Part shown: positions 34,915 to 44,085 of the stretch, in pieces
How positions within the stretch are numbered: the first letter of the stretch is position 1
Layout: each line of letters starts with the position of its first letter
Assembly: GCA_964463285.1 (NCBI GenBank)
Contig: CAYXBB010000002.1
Coordinates: forward strand, 3,628 to 67,627
Direction: 5' to 3'
Source of the DNA: an uncultured Syntrophomonadaceae bacterium
Lineage (GTDB): Bacteria > Bacillota > Dethiobacteria > DTU022
DNA: 64,000 bases
Translations under genes and position numbers: made by a program
Notes under the pieces: generated by a model
The model's database searches: none
Told to the model about the DNA's origin: nothing
What the model saw: only the letters and a program-made list of their open reading frames with translations

Positions 34915-35988
34915 TTATTCTCCCAATAGATCTTTAATTGTTGAATCAGACATATTTTGATTGTAGAATGTCGAATAAAAATCCCTGATTTCTTGTTCCA
35001 TCGTAAAATCAACTTGATCCGGGTGCAATTTGTATATTGTCCACTGCATGCCCAGAATAGATTCGGGAACACCAACATACCAGCAGAATATATAGCCGGG
35101 CATTTGAAAAATTTGCTTGTTTTTGACAGCCTCTATATCAGCGAAGCGTGGGTCAGTAAGCAACTCATCTTTAGTGTCACTGGAACAATAGGTATTAATA
35201 AAAATAACATCCGGGTTCCAATTTAATAATTGTTCTGCGGTAATCTCGGGATATAATTCGCCGACTGTACTGCTGCTACCATCAATTTCTGCAGCAACAT
35301 TTATTCCTCCACCAACCCCCAAAATAAAATCTTCAATTGATGCAGCAGTACATGTTTTTAATATGTCGTGGCTGGTCATATAAACACGGCATTTTTCATT
35401 TTCAGGAATTTGCGAAGCCATATCTTCAATGTTGTTCATCTTGTCTTTGTAGTAAGAAACAAGTTCCTGTGCACGTGCATCTTTGCCCAACACTTTTCCC
35501 ATAAGCTGCATAGATTCGTTGAGATCTTCGATAGTATTCACATCGACATATACTACAGGACAATACTCTTCAATACCCGCAAATCTTTCCCGGTGTATTT
35601 TCCCGGCAAAAACAACATCCGGTTCCAGTTTCAACAATTCTTCTTTGTTATCACCTTCAATATCTCCAAAGCACGGCAAATCTTTAATCCTTGGATCCAT
35701 ACTATGTAAAACTTCACTATTAACATTTAGCATATCTATTCCCACAAAATGCTCAGTTCCATCAATGGCAATAACCATTGCAGTTGATGGTGGAAAAACG
35801 GTGACTACCCTTTCTACCTTGGCTGGAATTTCTACAGTTCTGCCGGCCATATCAACTACTGTTATGGTTTCGTCCCCATCTTCTAGTGCTCCACCGCCTC
35901 CCTGCTCATTGGAACACCCGGCTAAAACGCCTGCAAGCAAGGTGACAAGTAACAGAAAAACCATTGCCTTGTAAATGTTTTTCTTCAT
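34915..35988 (-). CDS. ABC transporter substrate-binding lipoprotein (PF01497-like siderophore/heme/corrinoid-type PBP)
   Basis: 357 aa, lipoprotein signal LLAGCSNE, periplasmic binding protein type III fold hallmarks. Confidence 0.75.
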   Translation of the reverse strand: MKKNIYKAMVFLLLVTLLAGVLAGCSNEQGGGGALEDGDETITVVDMAGRTVEIPAKVERVVTVFPPSTAMVIAIDGTEHFVGIDMLNVNSEVLHSMDPRIKDLPCFGDIEGDNKEELLKLEPDVVFAGKIHRERFAGIEEYCPVVYVDVNTIEDLNESMQLMGKVLGKDARAQELVSYYKDKMNNIEDMASQIPENEKCRVYMTSHDILKTCTAASIEDFILGVGGGINVAAEIDGSSSTVGELYPEITAEQLLNWNPDVIFINTYCSSDTKDELLTDPRFADIEAVKNKQIFQMPGYIFCWYVGVPESILGMQWTIYKLHPDQVDFTMEQEIRDFYSTFYNQNMSDSTIKDLLGE

Positions 35989-36118
35989 CTTAATTTTTGT
36001 TGTTAGTTAATTTGCTGTTCAAAAACCCGGTTTTTTCAATTTTATTGGTTATCCCCCCCCTATGGCAGTGGTTGTCCGGGCCAAGACAGCATCCACATCT
36101 TATTGCTTTATTTTAAAT

Positions 36119-36275
36119 AAAAAAAGGCAATTCCTGGAAGGGAAGTGCCATTTTTTGCAGCATTCTCCTTTCCAAGTTATGGGAGGCAATACCATTTCTA
36201 GTATTACCCTTTGGTTATACCTCGGTTACAAGCCATGCCTTCCGGTTTAGGCGCGTAACTCGGAGCGCTTTTAAT
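36119..36275 (-). promoter_or_regulatory. Structured 5' leader with intrinsic terminator upstream of the ABC-transporter operon; candidate Moco/Tuco-type riboswitch (unverified)
   Basis: Minus strand: GCGCTCCGAG ... GGTAATACtagaaatgGTATTGCCTCCC ATAACTT GGAAAGGAG ... GGCACTTCCcttccaGGAATTGCC TTTTTTT; terminator hairpin plus U7 at 36150-36119, about 130 nt before the start codon. Confidence 0.35.
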
Positions 36276-36468
36276 ATTCAGCTTTGTGTTTACGCTATCA
36301 TGGGTCAATATTTCTGTCAACACAGGGCAAGGTTTTTTTCGCCATCAAAATTAAAATCTGTTGTAAAAAAATCTTTATCATTACCCGGGGATAATCAAAC
36401 AACAAACAAGTGTTTTATTTTAACCCAGCCAAAAAACTAAAGGTCTACAGGCACTGGTTTGGGTTCGG

Positions 36469-37590
36469 CTAAACCTGGATATTGCCGGCAGCCAGTTCCT
36501 CGGCAATCGTCCACAGGCTGCCCGATACCAGGGAATGCCCCCCTAACATTACCGGGATCGGGCAGGAGACAGCCTCCCGGGTAAAACTTCTTAACCAGGG
36601 ATGATCAATCTCCTGGTACCTGCCCAAATCCGAAAGAAATCGTTCCCGATCCGAAAAGCTGTAACGGTAATGGGCCATCAGCACCCGAGTATCAATGAAT
36701 GCCGCCCCGACTATCCGGGAAAGGTAGTCGAAGAAGTTAGGTATCCCCGCATGGTCAATAAGGCAGCCCATTAAAGAGACTACCTGCTTTGCCTTCACCC
36801 GGCCCAGGGCCTTCATACCTCGTTCCTCGGAAAACACCCGCAGCCGGATTTTTAAGCTGGAATTAAGACGTTCAATTGCCGGGGCTCCTACCCGACCAAT
36901 AAGTGCTACCTCCTGGTAGTAGCCACTTAAAACCTGTTTGGCCCGCCGCAACCGGGAATAATCCCAGTCCAAGCCCGACAGGCAGGCCCTGGTTTGGGGA
37001 CCGGCAAAGGGGCTATCCCCCAGCACCAGGCCGTCAGCAGGAGTATCCAGATCAAATAACAAGCCCGAAGTAAAGGGCATCAATGCAAGTTCCAGTCCTA
37101 GCTGATCACGAAGGGTAGTTGCCAGGGTATTATCCATAGCCGGTAAGTCTATTCCGGAAAAATCCCCGGTTACCGTAAAAGCTACCAGGTCCGCAGACTG
37201 AACATTGTTGGCATAAAGCAGGCGAGTGCTGTTCAACAGGCGCCGGCAGATTGAAGACACCTCATCCTCCCTTACCAGGGGGCAGCCGGCGCCGCTAAAA
37301 TAAAACACTTTGGATAGGCGATGTTCCAGGATCAACCTTTTTAGTTCCGTTCCGAAATTAAATGAACCCGGAGAAAGGTGATTGAGAATTACCGTGGCTC
37401 CCTTCGCCCGGGCCAGTTCCGCCAGTTGGCGGTCATTGGTAGCCAGGTAAATCATACCGATCTCGGTTACCCGGTTGAGTTTATCCAGGTTGTCCAGCAG
37501 GGCGGCGGTACGTATCGAAGTAAGTTCCAACTCTACCGGGCTGGCCGGAGAGGTCCCTTCAAATATTACTGCGCTAACCTGTTCTAACAT
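36469..37590 (-). CDS. Conserved hypothetical protein (373 aa), unassigned
   Basis: Long ORF with high coding GC unlike adjacent AT-rich island; no motif I can assign. Confidence 0.4.
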   Translation of the reverse strand: MLEQVSAVIFEGTSPASPVELELTSIRTAALLDNLDKLNRVTEIGMIYLATNDRQLAELARAKGATVILNHLSPGSFNFGTELKRLILEHRLSKVFYFSGAGCPLVREDEVSSICRRLLNSTRLLYANNVQSADLVAFTVTGDFSGIDLPAMDNTLATTLRDQLGLELALMPFTSGLLFDLDTPADGLVLGDSPFAGPQTRACLSGLDWDYSRLRRAKQVLSGYYQEVALIGRVGAPAIERLNSSLKIRLRVFSEERGMKALGRVKAKQVVSLMGCLIDHAGIPNFFDYLSRIVGAAFIDTRVLMAHYRYSFSDRERFLSDLGRYQEIDHPWLRSFTREAVSCPIPVMLGGHSLVSGSLWTIAEELAAGNIQV

Positions 37591-37617
37591 ACACCGTTCC
37601 TTCCCGGTAATTTTAGC

Positions 37618-38184
37618 TTAACTCTCCGGATCAATTAAACCATAATTGCCATCCCGTCGCTGATAAAGCACATTTACCCTGTTATTGGAAGCATTGGCAA
37701 ACACAAAAAAAGTATGCCCCAGCAGGTTCATCTGCAAGATGGCCTCTTCCAGATCCATCGGTTTTAAGGGGAATCGCTTGGTCTTTACAATCTTTTTTTC
37801 CTCATATTTTTCATCGTACAGAGAGGAGACCAGTTTCTCATTGGCCGCCCGCAGCCCCTTGTGGCGCATGGATTTGGTTAAGCGAGTTTTATACTTGGCC
37901 ACCTGCTTTTCCAGCTTTGCTACCACCATGTCGATAGAAGCATACATGTCGCCGGTGGATTCTTCCCCGCGTAGGATCAAGCCGTTAATATTCACCGTAA
38001 CCTCCACGATATGGCTTTCCCGAACCACGCTCATAACCACTTGGGCGCCGGTTTCTCTCCCAAAAAATTTCGAAAGTTTCCCTAGTTTTTTAGTAGCATA
38101 ATCAACCAACGCCGGAGTAACTTCGATGTTTTTTCCCCTAACCGTAATATCCATGAGCATCCTCCCTTTCCTTGCTCTTACCAT
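37618..38184 (-). CDS. hpf: Ribosome hibernation-promoting factor (long HPF, YvyD-like)
   Basis: MDITVRGKNIEVTPAL..; N-terminal S30AE domain plus C-terminal dimerisation domain; true start likely Met at 38154. Confidence 0.85.
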   Translation of the reverse strand: MVRARKGRMLMDITVRGKNIEVTPALVDYATKKLGKLSKFFGRETGAQVVMSVVRESHIVEVTVNINGLILRGEESTGDMYASIDMVVAKLEKQVAKYKTRLTKSMRHKGLRAANEKLVSSLYDEKYEEKKIVKTKRFPLKPMDLEEAILQMNLLGHTFFVFANASNNRVNVLYQRRDGNYGLIDPES

Positions 38185-38324
38185 TACTATTCCCCGACAG
38201 GTATAAAATTCCTACCTGAATGCTCATTAAATTGGGCGCCAGTTTACAAAGATAACAGTCTTAATGACCAGTATTATAAAGCAAGAGCGGCGGTGGTAAT
38301 CAGTTTGCTTTAAGAATCGCCTTG

Positions 38325-39044
38325 TCAGGTGAAAGCTTGAAAGGCCGCTACCGCCCCGTATACTTTCACCTCGGAATAACTCAACACCGCAGCCGCCTCT
38401 CTCATGGTAGCTCCGGTGGTATAGATATCATCTACCAGCAAAACAGAACTGCCGGGAGCAAGAGCCCTATTTAGCAAAAACGCTCCTGCGGCATTCTTGA
38501 AACGTTCCCGACGAGAAAAGCCGGTTTGCGAAGGAGTGTCTTTTACCTTCTTTAAAACCGGGATCAGCGGTAACCCAAGCACCTTGGCCACCCGGCGGGC
38601 TAGCAGTTCCGACTGGTTATACCCCCTTTCCAAAGCCTTGCGGGGGTACAGGGGTATAAAGGCTACCGAGTTTAAAACCCAACCGGTTTTTTCCAGCAAA
38701 GCTGTTCCCAGCCAGTCTCCCAGGGGGCGAGACAACTGCCGCTGCCCTCGGTATTTCAACCGGTGCAACATTTTCCGGAATTCACCCTGGTAAAAGGATA
38801 AAACAAACAGGGATCTCAAGGGGCCGTCTCCGGAGCAACATTCTCCCGGGCCTTTGTAAAAACAACCACACCAGGGACAATAAAGCCCTGCTAAGGGAAC
38901 ATCGTTCCGGCATTTGAAGCAGCAAGGAGACCCTGAAGAATCCCAATCAGTCAACACTGCTTCACAGATCAAACAGCGGGGAGGGTAAAGCAGCCGCAAA
39001 GCCGCCTCCGGCCAGCACCGGATATTTTTATGAGGCTTATTCAA
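38325..39044 (-). CDS. comFC: ComF-family competence protein (ComFC; zinc-finger + phosphoribosyltransferase fold)
   Basis: 239 aa, N-terminal CxxC...CxxC, C-terminal PRTase motif VLLVDDIYTTGAT. Confidence 0.75.
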   Translation of the reverse strand: MNKPHKNIRCWPEAALRLLYPPRCLICEAVLTDWDSSGSPCCFKCRNDVPLAGLYCPWCGCFYKGPGECCSGDGPLRSLFVLSFYQGEFRKMLHRLKYRGQRQLSRPLGDWLGTALLEKTGWVLNSVAFIPLYPRKALERGYNQSELLARRVAKVLGLPLIPVLKKVKDTPSQTGFSRRERFKNAAGAFLLNRALAPGSSVLLVDDIYTTGATMREAAAVLSYSEVKVYGAVAAFQAFT

Positions 39045-41268
39045 GACCTGTTCCGGCCGGCTTCATTCCTTCCGAAAACTGCAACCGGCGGCTCAGGTTA
39101 CTGTATCGCTGAAGCACCTGGTCGTTGTTTACTGCAATGGCCAGGGCCTTCCAGCTCCCCACCAGCACCACCATCCGGCGGGCCCTGGTGATGCCTGTAT
39201 ATAGCAGGTTGCGCTGCAACAGGGGGTAATGCTGGGTTAGAACCGGCATTATAATTACCGGGTACTCGCTGCCCTGGCTTTTATGAACGGAGACGGCATA
39301 AGACAGGGCCAATTCGTCTATTTCCCGTATATCATAACCCACCTCTCGCGGTTTGCCCAGATCCGGATAGCTGACGATTAATTCTCCTTCCTCCAGATCC
39401 AGGGAGGTAATCCGGCCGATATCTCCGTTAAAGATCTCCTTCCGGTAGTTGTTTTGAATTTGCATAACCTTGTCACCCAGGCGAAAATTAATCCCCTGCA
39501 CACGGATTTCAGGTTTTTGGCGGTGAGCCGGATTTAAAGCCTGCTGAAGCAGGGCATTTAACTTTTCTACCCCGGCAGCGGTTCGCCGCATGGGAGTGAT
39601 AACCTGGATATCGTTCAGGGGATCAAACCGACCATAATTGGGAATCTTCTCCCGGCAGAGCTGTACTACCAGTGAGGCTACATGTTCCGGATCCTCCGCC
39701 TTAATGATAAAAAAATCGGTAGAACGGGCTCTGGCTAAAGGCAACCGCCCCCGATTAACCCGGTGGGCATTGAGTACAATCATGCTTTGACCGGCCTGGC
39801 GGAAGATGTTTTTCAACCGCACTGCCGGAATTTTTTCGGAATCAATGATATCCCGGAGCACGCTTCCCGCTCCCACTGATGGAAGTTGATCCACATCCCC
39901 TACCAGAATAAGCCGGCAGCTTTCAGGAATAGCCTTTAATAAGGAGTGCATTAAATGCAGATCCACCATGGAGGCCTCATCAATAATCACTACCTGGGCA
40001 TTGATAGGGCGCTGTTCATGCCGCTGGAAACGAAGACCCGTTCCCTCCTGGTAACCATATTCCAGCAACCGGTGGATAGTGGAAGCCTCTCCCCCGGTAG
40101 CCTCGGTAACCCGCTTGGCGGCCCTGCCGGTAGGAGCGGCCAGCAACACTTTTTGCCCCAACTGTTGAAACAACTCAAGCAGGGCTTTTATGATAGTAGT
40201 TTTGCCGGTACCCGGCCCCCCGGTAACCACCAACATCCCGCAGTTCAAGGCCTGTTCCAGTACCTGGAACTGGTCCGGCGTGAGCCGGATCGGGCCCCGG
40301 GTAGCAGTCTTAAGAGCAGCCTTCACCTGCCCATTTTCCCAGCAGGTTTGGAGATTTTTAAGTAACTGTATCCGTTTAGCCACTCCGGTTTCAGCATAAT
40401 AAAAGCCGGCCTTGTAGATCGCCTCCCCGGATTCCAAGGGAACATTGAATATCCGTTGCCTGTCAGCAAGTTCCGACAGCAGCCTGGTAATGAGGTCTGC
40501 CGACATTGCCGCCTTCTCTGCCGGGTCGGAGATCAGATCCTCCACCATCGAGATCAGCTTTTCCCGGGGAAGATAGACATGGCCGCTGTCTGCTGCCCGG
40601 TCCAGGCTGTAGATAATCGCCGCCTCAATCCGCTGTGGGGATCCGGCCGGTAAACCCAACTGCCGGGCAATCTTATCGGCAGTTTTAAACCCGATGCCAT
40701 AAATCTCTTCTGCCAGCCGGTAGGGATTTTCTTGCACTTTATCCACTGTCTTTGCCCCGTAATGCCTGTAAAGGCGGAGTATAACTCCGGGGTTTATGCC
40801 AAAGCCCTGTAAAAAAACCATGACCTGTTGAATTTCCCGGTGCCGGGCCAGCCCGGCAACAATAAGGTCGGCTTTCTTTGATCCAATTCCGGGCACCTCC
40901 AACAGGCGCTGCGGCTCCTGTTCAGCAATTGTTAGTGCTTCCATCCCGAGGTGATCTACTATGCTGTCTGCGGTCACCGGCCCAATTCCCTTAATCAGCC
41001 CTGAAGATAAATAACCTTTAAGCCCCGCCGGGGTAACCGGAAGAAGACGCTCCCACCGTTCCACCGCCAACTGGCGGCCGTAACGGCGATGAACTTGCCA
41101 GGAGCCAATCAGCCTGAGCTGCTCTTCTTTCTGAAGAGGAGGAAAGCTACCCACAAACGGGATCCCTTCGCCCCCCGGGCAGCGCAGACGACCCACCAGA
41201 AAACAGCTTTCTTCGTTATAGTAAACAATCCGTTCCAGGCTTCCGGTGAATTCCTCCAGCATGCTCAC
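39037..41268 (-). CDS. recD2: ATP-dependent RecD-like DNA helicase (RecD2)
   Basis: 743 aa, N-terminal HhH region, SF1B motifs GGPGTGKTT, DEASMVD. Confidence 0.85.
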   Translation of the reverse strand: MSMLEEFTGSLERIVYYNEESCFLVGRLRCPGGEGIPFVGSFPPLQKEEQLRLIGSWQVHRRYGRQLAVERWERLLPVTPAGLKGYLSSGLIKGIGPVTADSIVDHLGMEALTIAEQEPQRLLEVPGIGSKKADLIVAGLARHREIQQVMVFLQGFGINPGVILRLYRHYGAKTVDKVQENPYRLAEEIYGIGFKTADKIARQLGLPAGSPQRIEAAIIYSLDRAADSGHVYLPREKLISMVEDLISDPAEKAAMSADLITRLLSELADRQRIFNVPLESGEAIYKAGFYYAETGVAKRIQLLKNLQTCWENGQVKAALKTATRGPIRLTPDQFQVLEQALNCGMLVVTGGPGTGKTTIIKALLELFQQLGQKVLLAAPTGRAAKRVTEATGGEASTIHRLLEYGYQEGTGLRFQRHEQRPINAQVVIIDEASMVDLHLMHSLLKAIPESCRLILVGDVDQLPSVGAGSVLRDIIDSEKIPAVRLKNIFRQAGQSMIVLNAHRVNRGRLPLARARSTDFFIIKAEDPEHVASLVVQLCREKIPNYGRFDPLNDIQVITPMRRTAAGVEKLNALLQQALNPAHRQKPEIRVQGINFRLGDKVMQIQNNYRKEIFNGDIGRITSLDLEEGELIVSYPDLGKPREVGYDIREIDELALSYAVSVHKSQGSEYPVIIMPVLTQHYPLLQRNLLYTGITRARRMVVLVGSWKALAIAVNNDQVLQRYSNLSRRLQFSEGMKPAGTGLE

Positions 41269-41277
41269 CTCCCCAAC

Positions 41278-42462
41278 CTATCCTCGTTTCAAATCCGAGA
41301 TCCGGTCCGTCCTTTCCCAGGGCAGATCCAGGTCAGGGCGGCCAAAATGCCCGTAAGCTGCCACCTGCCGGTAAATGGGACGGCGAAGATTGAGTTGCTC
41401 TATAATGGCCGCGGGGCGAAGATCAAACCTTTGTCGGATCAGTTCCTCAATATAGTTGTCCTTTTCCAACCCTGTCCCAGAAGTATCTACCGTTAAAGAT
41501 ACCGGTTGGGCCACCCCGATGGCGTAAGCCACCTGAAGTTGACACTTTTTAGCCAACCCGGCTGCCACAATGTTTTTAGCTACGTAGCGGGCGGCATAAG
41601 CCGCCGAGCGATCAACCTTGGTGGGATCTTTGCCCGAAAAAGCCCCTCCACCATGGGGAACATACCCACCATAGGTATCAACCATCAGCTTGCGACCGGT
41701 TAGACCGGCATCCCCCTGCGGCCCACCTATTACAAACCTCCCGGTGGGGTTAATTAAGATTCTGGTGTCCGGGGTTATCAATTCGGCGGGAACGGTTTCC
41801 AAAATAACTTGCCGGGTGATATCCTCCCGAATTGTTTCCAAATCAGTTTCGTTGGAATGTTGAGCCGAAACCACTACCGTCTCCACGCTAACCGGTCGCC
41901 CCTGTTCATAAAGCACGGTGATCTGGGTTTTGCCATCGGGGCGCAGATAATCCAGGATTTCCTGTTTGCGCACTTCGGCTAGACGCCTGGCCAGCCGGTG
42001 AGCTAAAGAGATCGGCAATGGCATCAATTCCGGGGTTTCGGTACAGGCAAACCCCATCATCATCCCCTGATCGCCCGCTCCCAACAAATTATAATGATTC
42101 TTTTCATCACCGGTTTTAGCCTCCCGGGAATGATTTACCCCCAGGGCAATATCCGGCGACTGCTCGTCTATAGAACAAAGAACTGCACAGGTATCCCCAT
42201 CGAACCCAAATTTGGCCCGGGTATAGCCGATCCGCTTTACTGTTTTCCGGACCAGATGGGGGATGTCTACATAGCAGTCAGTTGAAATTTCACCACAAAC
42301 AAATACCATGCCGGTTGTGACCATGGTCTCCGTAGCCACCCGGGCTACCGGATCCTGGCCGATAATCTCATCCAGAATTGAATCGGAAATCTGATCCGCC
42401 AGCTTATCCGGATGGCCTTCTGTAACTGATTCCGATGTGAACAGGTGCCGCCGTGATGTCAA
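41278..42462 (-). CDS. metK: S-adenosylmethionine synthetase
   Basis: 394 aa, [19 protein letters not shown] signature; TTG start with AAAGGAGG RBS. Confidence 0.95.
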   Translation of the reverse strand: MTSRRHLFTSESVTEGHPDKLADQISDSILDEIIGQDPVARVATETMVTTGMVFVCGEISTDCYVDIPHLVRKTVKRIGYTRAKFGFDGDTCAVLCSIDEQSPDIALGVNHSREAKTGDEKNHYNLLGAGDQGMMMGFACTETPELMPLPISLAHRLARRLAEVRKQEILDYLRPDGKTQITVLYEQGRPVSVETVVVSAQHSNETDLETIREDITRQVILETVPAELITPDTRILINPTGRFVIGGPQGDAGLTGRKLMVDTYGGYVPHGGGAFSGKDPTKVDRSAAYAARYVAKNIVAAGLAKKCQLQVAYAIGVAQPVSLTVDTSGTGLEKDNYIEELIRQRFDLRPAAIIEQLNLRRPIYRQVAAYGHFGRPDLDLPWERTDRISDLKRG

Positions 42463-42494
42463 TTTGTATTTCCTCCTTTGGTGTATTACGGATA

Positions 42495-42640
42495 AAAAAC
42501 AAAAAACCTCTTTAAAGATTGAGGCCTGAAATAGAACCTCTCATCTCCCGGAGCAGATCACTCTCCCCGCAGGAATTGGCACCGCAATCTAAGATCCGGT
42601 TGCCGGGATTCATCGGGCCCGTCCCTCCTCCACTCAGGAT
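42495..42640 (-). promoter_or_regulatory. SAM-I (S-box) riboswitch with terminator, leader of metK
   Basis: Minus strand CTCTTATCCTGAGTGGAGGAGGGACGGGCCCGATGAATCCCGGCAACC...GGTGCCAATTCCTGC...AGAGTGA matches S-box consensus; followed by hairpin and TTTTTTGTTTTTT. Confidence 0.85.
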
Positions 42641-42850
42641 AAGAGCTAAATTATAGAAATTATTAACATCAAAATACACTAAAATAATCCGGGTGTCAAA
42701 TAATAGTGAAGGAGGACCAGGCATTCCGTAAATGCCCTGTGATTAATTGTCGGCTTGGCGAATAAATATATCACGGGTGATTCCTTTCTTAAATATTTCA
42801 GTTATAAATATAGGCAGGAATTGCTAAAAATCAAATTGGAGGTGTTCTAT

Positions 42851-43207
42851 GTGTCGGATTTCAACCCCCACGGACAACCTGAGAACAACCGGGTACCGAC
42901 CTTTGATCAGTCAGATATCGAGGCGAATAAAACCATGGCGGGGTTGGCCTACATTCTTTTTTTTCTACCTCTGGTAGTATCCCCCAATTCCCCGTTCGGA
43001 AGGTTTCATGCCAATCAAGGACTGCTGCTGCTCATTTTGGGTATTGCCGGAAATATTATACTTACTTTCTTGCCTTTAATTAACCTGATTCTTTGGCCGA
43101 TTTTCGGATTGTTCGTTCTGGTGTTGTTTGTTATAGGATTGGTAAACGGGTTTGGCGGTAAAGCAAAAGAGCTGCCACTTATCGGTTCCATAAGGTTGAT
43201 AAAATAA
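42851..43207 (+). CDS. Small membrane protein (DUF4870-like), start uncertain (GTG 42851 after GGAGG, or upstream 42755)
   Basis: Three hydrophobic helices, FHANQGLLLLILGI motif; only plus-strand gene in this area. Confidence 0.5.
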   Translation: MSDFNPHGQPENNRVPTFDQSDIEANKTMAGLAYILFFLPLVVSPNSPFGRFHANQGLLLLILGIAGNIILTFLPLINLILWPIFGLFVLVLFVIGLVNGFGGKAKELPLIGSIRLIK

Positions 43208-43338
43208 TCCGTAGGTGAAACCCGGTATGATATCACAGGAAACAGATGGAATATCAATTAGAAGACATTGAAGACATGGGAGAAAAAAACTGGGGATAAA
43301 CCGGCCGGAATAATAGAATGGTAGCCGGGAAATGAAAA

Positions 43339-43376
43339 CCGGGAGAGGGTGAACAATCACCCCTCCGGTTTTTTTA
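43339..43376. terminator. Bidirectional intrinsic terminator between convergent membrane-protein gene and fabZ
   Basis: gaaaaCCGGGAGAGGGTGAacaaTCACCCCTCCGGttttttt. Confidence 0.6.
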
Positions 43377-43445
43377 TACCATGTCTGCTTTACTTTTTTT
43401 ATGATCAGGTTAACCAATCTTACCCAAAATACATTACCGGTGCCT

Positions 43446-43922
43446 TTAACTTTTGTTTGTCTTTTCTATTAAAGCAAATGTGAGCTCCCCGGAGGCAACC
43501 AACTCGCCGTCTACCTTGGCCACCGCTTCCCCTTTACCTACCGGGCCCCGTTTCCGTATCAGGATTACTTTTAGTTCTAGGCGATCACCGGGGATAACCA
43601 TTTTTTTGAATCTGAATTTATCGATTCCTGCAAACAGGGCCAGTTTCCCGGCATTTTGCGGCTCGCTTAACACCACCAACGCCCCCACCTGGGCCAGGGC
43701 TTCTACAATCAGCACCCCGGGCATCACCGGCTCGCCGGGAAAATGTCCCTGAAAAAAAGGCTCGTTTATGGTAACGTTTTTATATCCGGCAGCAGTTTTA
43801 CCAGGAACCAGTTCAATAATTCGATCGACCAGCAAGAAGGGATAGCGGTGGGGTAAAACCGAAAGGATTTTTTTTAGGTCAAGTTCCAAAGGTGACATGC
43901 CACAACCCCTTTCCAGAAACAA
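43446..43922 (-). CDS. fabZ: 3-hydroxyacyl-ACP dehydratase FabZ
   Basis: [13 protein letters not shown]..., hot-dog fold HFPG.PVMPGVL; real start probably Met at 43898. Confidence 0.85.
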   Translation of the reverse strand: MFLERGCGMSPLELDLKKILSVLPHRYPFLLVDRIIELVPGKTAAGYKNVTINEPFFQGHFPGEPVMPGVLIVEALAQVGALVVLSEPQNAGKLALFAGIDKFRFKKMVIPGDRLELKVILIRKRGPVGKGEAVAKVDGELVASGELTFALIEKTNKS

Positions 43923-44085
43923 GATCCCGGGAACTGGAAATAAAAAGTCAAGCGTTTTTGGCCTTGTTAACTATCCCCATCATTCAGCGGGGTAATTGTC
44001 CTCTCCTAGGATCGTAATTTGCTATATTGGCATCCGTTTATAATTATTCTATCCTGTTTCCGGCCTCTTGTTTCTTGTTTCCTGA

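Noticed and set aside
36062-36250. 62-aa plus-strand ORF
   Set aside because: Antisense to the structured leader/terminator of the ABC operon. No RBS.
42512-42724. 70-aa minus-strand ORF
   Set aside because: Lies entirely within the SAM-I riboswitch/terminator of metK, so it is an artefactual ORF.
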